IMG/VR virus record: IMGVR_UViG_3300021961_008157
Origin: a virus
DNA length: 64,000 nt
Strand: one strand, 5' to 3'
Positions within the stretch are counted from its first letter, which is position 1. Each line of letters begins with the position of its first letter. The notes beneath the pieces were generated by a model. The model did not search any database. It was given only the letters and a program-made list of their open reading frames with translations, and was not told the origin of the DNA. Both the position numbers and the translations under genes were made by a program. This document shows, in pieces, positions 57,413 through 64,000 of this stretch.

Positions 57413-58246
57413 TCACTCTTTTGTGATAAAACGCCGCCAACTATCTTGTGCATCTTTAACTGGTTCTAGTCCTTCGACTTTGTTCCAAGTTGGTGGAACA
57501 GCAATAACACTGAACAGCGCACTGGTTCCAAAAATGTTGTCAGTGTTGTTTTTAAAGTTACCAGGATTGTAGTTACGAATGCAACCCCAATACAAGTGAT
57601 AGCCAATGCCAGTTAGTATATCGTAAATTTTGTCCAGGTGTGGGGACTCTTGTGCTTCGTAATAAACAAGGGGAAAATTCTTTTTGATTTTGTCAAGACA
57701 GCCTTGAATAACACCTAACTCCGAACCTTCAGCATCAATTTTAATCAAGTGTGGAGGTGGAATGTCTACATCATCCAATCGAACAGCTTTGGCCTTTGCT
57801 CCAGTTTCTTTGTTGATCAGCACTTCCCCATAGTTGCCGGGCACGGTAGGATCAAACTCTTGAATAAGAATGTCCCCGGCAACATTAGTAGCAGCGGCTT
57901 TGTGCAATGTTACATTCTTAAGCCCGCGAGTGTTTTCCTTTAACATTTCATAGTTTAAAGGGTTAGGTTCAAAGCAGTGAACTTGTGCACCGGTGGAGGC
58001 AAATGCTGTGGCATGAACGCCAATGTTGGCGCCCACATCATAAATTACCTTGGGTTTGTTTTGAATGTTGTTGATTACATCTAACAAGAAGTCAATTTCG
58101 GGTTGACCGTACTCACCGTACAATCGCAAACTACGGCCAATGATTTGATCATTGGTGTAAAATTTAAACTTTTTATGATAACGTGTTTCAGTTACTTCTT
58201 TAAGTTCTTTTGGTTTGGCATTCTTGGGTTTTTTAACTATTGACAT
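57413..58246 (-). CDS. FkbM family SAM-dependent methyltransferase
   Basis: YDVGANIGVH, FEPNP and IKIDAEGSE. Confidence 0.9.
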   Translation of the reverse strand: MSIVKKPKNAKPKELKEVTETRYHKKFKFYTNDQIIGRSLRLYGEYGQPEIDFLLDVINNIQNKPKVIYDVGANIGVHATAFASTGAQVHCFEPNPLNYEMLKENTRGLKNVTLHKAAATNVAGDILIQEFDPTVPGNYGEVLINKETGAKAKAVRLDDVDIPPPHLIKIDAEGSELGVIQGCLDKIKKNFPLVYYEAQESPHLDKIYDILTGIGYHLYWGCIRNYNPGNFKNNTDNIFGTSALFSVIAVPPTWNKVEGLEPVKDAQDSWRRFITKE

Positions 58247-58255
58247 TTTACTTCC

Positions 58256-58552
58256 TTATTCTTCTGCTCTAAAACTAGTACAACTGTCATTCCACACTTC
58301 TTGTGCTTGTTTTTTGTACAGTTCTAATTCATATTCGCCTAGTGCTGCTTGATACTGCTCTTCGGTAAGATTGTGCCAGCCCACACACTTGCCAGTGGGA
58401 CTACGTCCGCAACCACAGCGACCAAACTCTTCGGGATTTTCTTTTACTCTAACTTGCATGTCTTTTTTTCGGGAAAAGATACGATCATAGTTGCTACCAT
58501 ATACATCTTGTGATACGCTAAAGGGGCGTGGTGACGAACCTTTACCTGACAT
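58256..58552 (-). CDS. CDGSH-like [2Fe-2S] domain protein
   Basis: CGCGRSPTGKCVGWH gives a 3Cys-1His arrangement like the CDGSH consensus. Confidence 0.65.
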   Translation of the reverse strand: MSGKGSSPRPFSVSQDVYGSNYDRIFSRKKDMQVRVKENPEEFGRCGCGRSPTGKCVGWHNLTEEQYQAALGEYELELYKKQAQEVWNDSCTSFRAEE

Positions 58553-58710
58553 TAAACCATCTCCTCCACGACCCCTAGTAGTTCTGCACCAATAAGTAAA
58601 GCGCCTGCATATGCTACTTCGCCATACAGTAAAGCCAAGCCAGCGGCAATCCGAATGCCACTTTTTACAAGGCTAACATAGAAATGACCTTTGCTGGTAT
58701 TAAGATTCAT
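58552..58710 (-). CDS. Small membrane protein
   Basis: Likely start MNLNTSKGHF at 58710; hydrophobic hairpin ending ELLGVVEEMV. Confidence 0.6.
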   Translation of the reverse strand: MNLNTSKGHFYVSLVKSGIRIAAGLALLYGEVAYAGALLIGAELLGVVEEMV

Positions 58711-58834
58711 AATTTTTTCCACATGTACAATTTCGACCTTGATTGCAATCGTGATTGCAATCGCTTGTTGGTAATGCAATAACAATATTATACACGATTA
58801 CAATTGTTAATGCAACGATTATTAACAGTATCAT
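58700..58834 (-). CDS. 44-aa membrane-anchored Cys-rich microprotein, not in the ORF track
   Basis: MILLIIVALTIVIVYNIVIALPTSDCNHDCNQGRNCTCGKNYES*. Confidence 0.6.
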   Translation of the reverse strand: MILLIIVALTIVIVYNIVIALPTSDCNHDCNQGRNCTCGKNYES

Positions 58835-58854
58835 ATTAATTATGGCTCACTAAA

Positions 58855-59067
58855 TCAGACACGCACAATTTCAGGACCCGGGCTTTCAAAGTCCAGACCA
58901 GCGGAACGTCCTTCAAAACAACGACCATTCCAGGTCATTGTTAATTTAACTGAACGGTTTAGTGCTACTGAAAGACTTTGTTTCTCTCGGAATGACAGCA
59001 CATCTGCTGGCATTTTTTTGCCACTTGCCACTGCCGTTACTTGGCATTCTTGACTGTAAATGTTCAT
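58855..59067 (-). CDS. Hypothetical protein
   Basis: 70-aa ORF in the minus-strand run. Confidence 0.55.
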   Translation of the reverse strand: MNIYSQECQVTAVASGKKMPADVLSFREKQSLSVALNRSVKLTMTWNGRCFEGRSAGLDFESPGPEIVRV

Positions 59068-59074
59068 AATTGTG

Positions 59075-59314
59075 TTAAGTTCGTAATTTTAAATCTCGGT
59101 ATTTGACTCTTAGCTGTTTGTAAATAACACCGTCAATTTTCAATGGTAGATCCAGGTGAACAGTAACCATTGGTCCTTCAAGTTCATTGCGCATATTGTC
59201 GCAACCAACTGTACCTACCCAAGGTGCTTTTTTAAATCGTCCTTCCACACGATCGCCAATTTGGTATCGGGCAACAGGACGATTTTTACTAAAGTATTCT
59301 GCTAATGTTGACAA
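59075..59314 (-). CDS. Hypothetical protein (small beta-barrel/SH3-like)
   Basis: Likely start TTG 59314 (MSTLAEYF); YQIGDRVEG...WVGTV pattern. Confidence 0.55.
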   Translation of the reverse strand: MSTLAEYFSKNRPVARYQIGDRVEGRFKKAPWVGTVGCDNMRNELEGPMVTVHLDLPLKIDGVIYKQLRVKYRDLKLRT

Positions 59315-59321
59315 GGTGTTA

Positions 59322-59459
59322 CTATTTAATGAAGCTTGAGATGACCGGTATAGCAAATATAAGTACAAGAAGCAGAACGATTACAAGATCAACTGATCTA
59401 ATCTTGCTCCCACTCCACTCGTTTAACGAGTCTGCGATTGTTTCTTTTATGTCTTTCAT
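59322..59459 (-). CDS. 45-aa membrane microprotein, not in the ORF track
   Basis: MKDIKETIADSLNEWSGSKIRSVDLVIVLLLVLIFAIPVISSFIK*; ATGA-coupled to 59456-59815. Confidence 0.6.
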   Translation of the reverse strand: MKDIKETIADSLNEWSGSKIRSVDLVIVLLLVLIFAIPVISSFIK

Positions 59460-59815
59460 TTTGCTTGTTTTTCTAACTCTGTAATTCGTTTTTCCAATGC
59501 ATTAAACTGTTCAGCAGTTTGGATAATAATTGCTTGATTGCGCCGCGCAAGTTCTTTATTGTTTTCAATTTCCTGTTGATTAAGCGCAATCTGCTGACTT
59601 TGTAATTGGTCAGCTTTGTTGGACAGTTCGTGCAGTTTACTTAGCGTTTCGCGGTTCTGTTCCGACAAATTTCTCAGTTCCGAAAGACCGATAGCCATGA
59701 ACAATATAATCAGTATGGCCGCTACAAGCAGTATGACATTTTGTAAAGCAAATATCCCTAACCATTCTGAATTTTTTATTGTTTTTCTTAGCAAATCAAT
59801 ATTTTTATTATCCAT
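59456..59815 (-). CDS. Membrane-anchored coiled-coil protein
   Basis: One long hydrophobic segment, then a heptad-rich Gln/Glu/Leu region; TAAATA upstream. Confidence 0.65.
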   Translation of the reverse strand: MDNKNIDLLRKTIKNSEWLGIFALQNVILLVAAILIILFMAIGLSELRNLSEQNRETLSKLHELSNKADQLQSQQIALNQQEIENNKELARRNQAIIIQTAEQFNALEKRITELEKQAK

Positions 59816-59839
59816 AATTGAATATTTATGGATTTAGTA

Positions 59840-60136
59840 TTATACGCAACCTGTAGGCTTCGGAAGTCCCCCATATTTGGTAATCTTTTTCATGGGCGCA
59901 CTTTTGAAAATATCATACAATGGACCAGCTTTACGATCCATGCCCAATGTTTTTGCAAACTCACGAATAGGTGGAACCACTTGATATTCATCATAGTATT
60001 CCCGTGCCTTCATAACATAACCTTCAATTTCTTCGGTTATTTCAAAGTCATCTTCCTGGGCCATTTCAAACATAATGTCCCGGGTCCATTCATCCCTATC
60101 CATTAGATAACCATCACCATCACGATTTAACATCAT
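59840..60136 (-). CDS. tusE: TusE/DsrC family sulfur-relay protein with a single C-terminal Cys
   Basis: DGDGYL.D...W N-terminus, AREYY..Y...P, and C-terminal GLPKPTGCV; AAGGAG RBS. Confidence 0.85.
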   Translation of the reverse strand: MMLNRDGDGYLMDRDEWTRDIMFEMAQEDDFEITEEIEGYVMKAREYYDEYQVVPPIREFAKTLGMDRKAGPLYDIFKSAPMKKITKYGGLPKPTGCV

Positions 60137-60145
60137 TGGTCTCCT

Positions 60146-60265
60146 TTATGAATCGATGTAATTGTCATCGTCGTCATCCCGGGTGCTTGCGTGAAACCCA
60201 ACCAGGTACCCCATCCAAAACGCAATAAAAAAAGTAATAACTATTGAAAGTGTGTGTGACAGCAT
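60146..60265 (-). CDS. 39-aa membrane microprotein with acidic tail, not in the ORF track
   Basis: MLSHTLSIVITFFIAFWMGYLVGFHASTRDDDDDNYIDS*. Confidence 0.5.
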   Translation of the reverse strand: MLSHTLSIVITFFIAFWMGYLVGFHASTRDDDDDNYIDS

Positions 60266-60272
60266 GATTTAA

Positions 60273-60473
60273 TCATTCAACTCCGAAATGTTGTTTAATA
60301 GCATTAGCAGGTAGTGTAGAGTTTGAACTGTCTAATGCAATCCGAGCACATTCTCGCACAATCAACTCAGCAAGTTTCTCTGTGTAATTATGCATGAATG
60401 CAGAATTGCCTAGTCCAGCGTTGGTTGCATAATTGCTTGCTATTGTTGAGTACGATCTAACCGCATTGTTCAT
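60273..60473 (-). CDS. Small phage protein (EKLAELIVRECA...IKQHFGVE type)
   Basis: Motif recurs in small phage proteins; coupled to the upstream gene. Confidence 0.6.
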   Translation of the reverse strand: MNNAVRSYSTIASNYATNAGLGNSAFMHNYTEKLAELIVRECARIALDSSNSTLPANAIKQHFGVE

Positions 60474-61753
60474 GCTGTCACTTCTTCTTCATAGTAGGCA
60501 TACTGTCCCCAAGGAGGAACAATAGTTGTAGTGCCATGCAAGATCCAAACAGTATCAGCATACTCTTTGTCGCCCCAACTACCATAAGGATAACCATCTG
60601 TGAACACAATCAGTCGCTTGGGTTCAATTTCTTCTTCTTTGAGATATTTAAAAATACAAGTGAAATCAGTGCCGCCGCCACCGTGGACTTCATAGTCCAT
60701 AATATCATCGAGATTTTCGGAGTCATACTGCCGAGGATTATACACTTCAGTGTCAAATGTAGCTAGGTGTATACGGTATGCTGGGAACGACTCCATGATG
60801 CCTGCTACTTCACCTAGAATATCTTTTAGCATCGGCTCCTCCATTGAGCCCGAAGCGTCAATAAACAAAGCAATGTCAATCATTGGATCAAGCTTCATGC
60901 CCGGCATAACAGCATCCATGTCCCACCCTTTGCGACTTGTTCGCATCCAAGTGTAATCGCTTTTAATAGTGGATTCCAACTGCATGCGCAACAGTTCACG
61001 CCAGTTCATCTTAGGTTGCGTCAGTTGTTGCAGTATACGCTTAACGCCCCCGGGCAAGTTGCCTGCACCTGCAGAATCAGCTGCCGCCGCTGACAGCATG
61101 GCTTCTTTGATTTCGTCCTTGATCTGCTGGCGTTCTTCTGGTGAAAGTCGAGGACGGCCCTTGCCTTCATCGTCGCCAGAGCCGCTTCCTTCGCCTTCTT
61201 GATCATCCAGGTGCTGGTCAATCATCTTGTCAAGCAAACTGCTGATGTCAATCTTTTCCGCATTTTCGTACAGGATGTCGTAAACTTCTTCGGCACTCAT
61301 GCCTTCGTATTTCCGATCATACAAGCAAGGTACGGAAGTAATAAACTCGCCTACATTATGCTTTTTCAAGTCGGCATTGACGCAATAGTCATCAGCAATA
61401 TTCCACAACTGCGGATCGCGATCACCGCGGCGCCCAAAGTGGTCATATACACAATGCAACACTTCATGCCCAAACAAGAATTCAACTTCTTTGGGCTTGA
61501 GCATTTTAATAAAACGACTGTTATAGTAAAAGCGACGCCCATCAGTAGCGGCTGTAGGGCACCATTCGTCAGCATTAACCAGTTTCAGTCGAGTGGCCAA
61601 GTTGCCAAAGAACGAAGCCTTGAGGAGCAGTCCCACACGAGCAGTGGTTAGGATTTCACGAACTTCGCGGTCCAATTTGGGATCCATGGGTCCAATGAGA
61701 TTCTTAAACTTTTCGCTTTCTTTGGAGTCTGCTGTGGTACCTGTAGTGCTCAT
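60470..61753 (-). CDS. Metallopeptidase-VWA protein (DUF2201-like), partner of the MoxR ATPase
   Basis: TAATDG, HEVLH (HExxH), MIDAS DASGS, GGGGTDF and FTDG. Confidence 0.88.
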   Translation of the reverse strand: MSTTGTTADSKESEKFKNLIGPMDPKLDREVREILTTARVGLLLKASFFGNLATRLKLVNADEWCPTAATDGRRFYYNSRFIKMLKPKEVEFLFGHEVLHCVYDHFGRRGDRDPQLWNIADDYCVNADLKKHNVGEFITSVPCLYDRKYEGMSAEEVYDILYENAEKIDISSLLDKMIDQHLDDQEGEGSGSGDDEGKGRPRLSPEERQQIKDEIKEAMLSAAAADSAGAGNLPGGVKRILQQLTQPKMNWRELLRMQLESTIKSDYTWMRTSRKGWDMDAVMPGMKLDPMIDIALFIDASGSMEEPMLKDILGEVAGIMESFPAYRIHLATFDTEVYNPRQYDSENLDDIMDYEVHGGGGTDFTCIFKYLKEEEIEPKRLIVFTDGYPYGSWGDKEYADTVWILHGTTTIVPPWGQYAYYEEEVTA

Positions 61754-61775
61754 ATTGTTCCTTTACTATACCTAT

Positions 61776-61804
61776 ATTATAGCATAATATGAATTATTCG
61801 TCAA
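61776..61804 (-). promoter_or_regulatory. Strong sigma70-like early promoter TTGACG-N17-TATAAT
   Basis: ttgacg aataattcatattatgc tataat, followed by AAGGA RBS and ATG 61753. Confidence 0.8.
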
Positions 61805-61805
61805 T

Positions 61806-62891
61806 TTAGGCACTGGCTTGCAGAATATACTTACCGTATTTCTGATGGAACTTATCGAAGTTTTTCAGCTTGGTAGGTTGGAACGGCAGTTCATATGTGG
61901 TAAGTGCAATACGAGCACCCATAACTACCAGTTCAGTTTCAAAGTTATTCATCATATATCCCAGGAAATTGTCAGCCATAGCGTGAAATTCTTTGTCAGG
62001 AATTTTACGGGCTACAGCATCTTTGAGCTCGTAGCACATGGAGATCACCAGGCTGTACATGGCACTGACTTCTTTGATTTCCAAGTCCTCAACTTTGCCT
62101 GCCAAAATATCTTCGGGCTTGGGCAGTCGAGAACTAATTTTGCGATGCGCCATAAACTTGACAGCCAGGCCCTCACCTACAGTACCTGCGATCAAGTTGG
62201 TTAACGTTTCGTCGTCGCCGTCATCTGCATACAGCAACTGGCTTACAAAAGTCCACGAACGCGGTGTGGCAAAAGCCCGCGAGCTTGACTTGGCATCAAA
62301 GTCGTACAAGTCTTGTTTGGCAAAACTCAAATAACCCGCTACATCCGGATGGATCTTGTTCTGCACCGCCCACGCCTGATATGATGGGAAATCTACAGCC
62401 ATTTCTTGGTGAATAAAGCGATTGGCCAGCGGCGTGGGCATACGATAAGTTACGCCCTTGTCGCTTTCACGATTGCCAGCAGCCGCAATCACAACATTTT
62501 CTGGCAAAACATATTTGCCCACACGACGATTGAGAATCAGCTGATAAGCCGCGGCTTGCACTGAACCAGCGGCGCTGTTCAACTCATCTAGGAACAGCAC
62601 TACAACTGGATACTCCGCGGCAGTTTCTTCATCGGGCAGGTCAATTGGTGGTGCCCAATCCATTTTGCCAGTTTCTTTGTTGTAGAACGGAATACCGCGA
62701 ATGTCTGTAGGCTCCATTTGACCCAGTCGGCAGTCATACATGATGCCTCCTAGTTCTTCAGTGATGCTGGCTACAAGATCACTTTTGCCAATGCCCGGAG
62801 GACCCCAAAGGAATACGGGACGTTTAACTTTGAATGCTTGGAGTAGACTTTTGCGAGCTTGTCTGGAAGTGACTGTACGAGTGTCGGACAT
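61806..62891 (-). CDS. MoxR-like AAA+ ATPase
   Basis: Walker A GPPGIGKS, Walker B LFLDELN, AAGN sensor and LANRF arginine finger. Confidence 0.9.
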   Translation of the reverse strand: MSDTRTVTSRQARKSLLQAFKVKRPVFLWGPPGIGKSDLVASITEELGGIMYDCRLGQMEPTDIRGIPFYNKETGKMDWAPPIDLPDEETAAEYPVVVLFLDELNSAAGSVQAAAYQLILNRRVGKYVLPENVVIAAAGNRESDKGVTYRMPTPLANRFIHQEMAVDFPSYQAWAVQNKIHPDVAGYLSFAKQDLYDFDAKSSSRAFATPRSWTFVSQLLYADDGDDETLTNLIAGTVGEGLAVKFMAHRKISSRLPKPEDILAGKVEDLEIKEVSAMYSLVISMCYELKDAVARKIPDKEFHAMADNFLGYMMNNFETELVVMGARIALTTYELPFQPTKLKNFDKFHQKYGKYILQASA

Positions 62892-62921
62892 GGTAAATCC
62901 CTTTTGTTACGTTATGAGTAT

Positions 62922-62950
62922 ATTATAACAAAACCTGGATTTTGCGTCAA
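62922..62950 (-). promoter_or_regulatory. Strong sigma70-like early promoter TTGACG-N17-TATAAT
   Basis: ttgacg caaaatccaggttttgt tataat upstream of the ATPase. Confidence 0.8.
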
Positions 62951-62986
62951 ACACTTTTTTAGTGAAAAACTGTTGTTTTTTTGCAA

Positions 62987-63232
62987 CTAACAGCTGATGC
63001 AAAATGTAGAAAAAATAAACGGATTATGTCCAGCATTAGATATTTCTATTACACTAACAGATTTTAAATCAAACAACGAGTTAGAACTAAAACTTGTAAA
63101 TGTATCTTTATTATTAACAACAATTGTAATACCATAATCCCATTCACTAATAGCAGTAAATGTTAAATCGGTGGGCATAACAAAACGTATTTGTTGCATT
63201 TGTCCCGGATAAAGAGTAATATTAGCATCCAT
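62987..63232 (-). CDS. Hypothetical protein
   Basis: 81-aa ORF overlapping the upstream gene's end. Confidence 0.45.
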   Translation of the reverse strand: MDANITLYPGQMQQIRFVMPTDLTFTAISEWDYGITIVVNNKDTFTSFSSNSLFDLKSVSVIEISNAGHNPFIFSTFCISC

Positions 63233-63908
63233 ATTTTTCGCACCATTCTTGTGTCACAACGCCCGATATCATTAAAAAGATTCTATCATGCTCGGTAAAA
63301 TTATGTCCGTAATGTGGCATAGCATTTTTAAGTATAACAGCATCTCCGGCTTTCCAATTTTTCCATACTTGAGTTCCTAAGCAAAATGCTTGTCCTGGCT
63401 TCCAATCCTCAACTGCAATTAGAATTTTGCGATTTAAATAATCTTTAAGGAATCCCCCACGGCGAACTTTTTCGCCATTGACTAATTCAAAATTGTGATC
63501 CATATGACAGACTGTCATCGAATATGGTGTTTGTACACTAAAACTCATTGACCAGCTCAGAAATCCAAATTTTTTACCCAAATGCCATTGAGAATTTTTG
63601 TCAGACACTTTAGCCAAATAAAATGATTCGTATCCTGCCTTATATCCTGCGTCAACTAAACATTGAACAGTATCTTTAATTTCGTCATACCCTTGCTTAT
63701 CTTCACTTTCCGAAGAAGATTCAAGAACACAACTGTACATATTAACAAAATCTATAGGTACCCACGGAGTTCCGCTATAAACAATACCGCGCCAGTTACC
63801 AATTTCTTCAGGCAATACGCCTGGTATTTTTACCAAGTCTGATTTCCGAAATTGTCGATCGAATTCATAAAAACCGCCGTCTCGACTTTGTTGACTTGCT
63901 ACTTTCAT
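63222..63908 (-). CDS. Cupin/2OG-Fe(II) oxygenase-like protein (aspartyl beta-hydroxylase-like)
   Basis: HMD (HxD), then WKAGDAV...PHYGHN...DRIFLMISG with a distal His and Arg. Confidence 0.55.
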   Translation of the reverse strand: MKVASQQSRDGGFYEFDRQFRKSDLVKIPGVLPEEIGNWRGIVYSGTPWVPIDFVNMYSCVLESSSESEDKQGYDEIKDTVQCLVDAGYKAGYESFYLAKVSDKNSQWHLGKKFGFLSWSMSFSVQTPYSMTVCHMDHNFELVNGEKVRRGGFLKDYLNRKILIAVEDWKPGQAFCLGTQVWKNWKAGDAVILKNAMPHYGHNFTEHDRIFLMISGVVTQEWCEKYGC

Positions 63909-64000
63909 ATTATTTAATTCCTTTTATTTTGTGTTTTTTTGACATAATATTGTAATATGTTTGTATCGGTTGTTTGTCGGAAGACAGTAACTTGTGGCGT

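Noticed and set aside
59840-60136. Calling this a bona fide dissimilatory DsrC
   Set aside because: It lacks the second cysteine of the CX10C motif, and no dsrAB or dsrEFH is in the window.
275-62928. Many short antisense or alternate-frame ORFs in the track (e.g. 2872-3273, 8068-8466, 30050-30577, 56288-56926, 61199-61651)
   Set aside because: They are shadows of longer genes with recognisable motifs and have no independent RBS or motif support.
1-64000. Stop-codon reassignment, introns, inteins or a diversity-generating retroelement
   Set aside because: Genes are long and tightly packed under the standard code. I saw no reverse transcriptase, homing endonuclease, intein motif or template/variable repeat pair.
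63914-64000. 3' end of another minus-strand ORF (…TPQVTVFRQTTDTNILQYYVKKTQNKRN*)
   Set aside because: Only 28 codons are visible, too little to support a call.

Overview
This 64-kb window is from a large T4-like (myovirus-type, probably jumbo) phage genome. It uses the standard genetic code, and I see no tRNA, rRNA or CRISPR array. It has four blocks. (1) 1-2329, minus strand: a T4-style gp55 late sigma factor, then gp47 and gp46 recombination nuclease genes. (2) 2435-31635, plus strand: a late-promoter (TAAATA) tail/baseplate operon with gp53/LysM-like, hub, gp5-like, gp25 and gp6 genes, a 4804-aa giant structural protein and a fibre with a C-terminal chaperone. It ends at a UUCG terminator. 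(3) About 31700-55140: a dense, roughly 23-kb biosynthetic island. It holds five paralogous radical SAM enzymes with an N-terminal twitch domain, four paralogous GT10-motif proteins, four GT-A-like proteins, an Stf0-like sulfotransferase, an SGNH protein, two NAD-dependent epimerases, a DegT aminotransferase, a NodU/CmcH carbamoyltransferase and an amidinotransferase. (4) 55136-64000, minus strand: thyX, an FkbM methyltransferase, a CDGSH-like Fe-S protein, a single-cysteine TusE/DsrC sulfur carrier, a MoxR AAA+/VWA-metallopeptidase pair, a cupin/2OG-like oxygenase and several unannotated microproteins. The best candidate for an undescribed system is block 3, a phage-encoded pathway for making and tailoring an amino-sugar or glycan whose enzyme set parallels aminoglycoside biosynthesis. 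Regulatory oddities include near-leaderless genes, a spacing-conserved palindrome upstream of two late promoters, a candidate structured 5' RNA, and two divergent genes sharing one CATG. Family calls come from motif recognition only; no searches were run.
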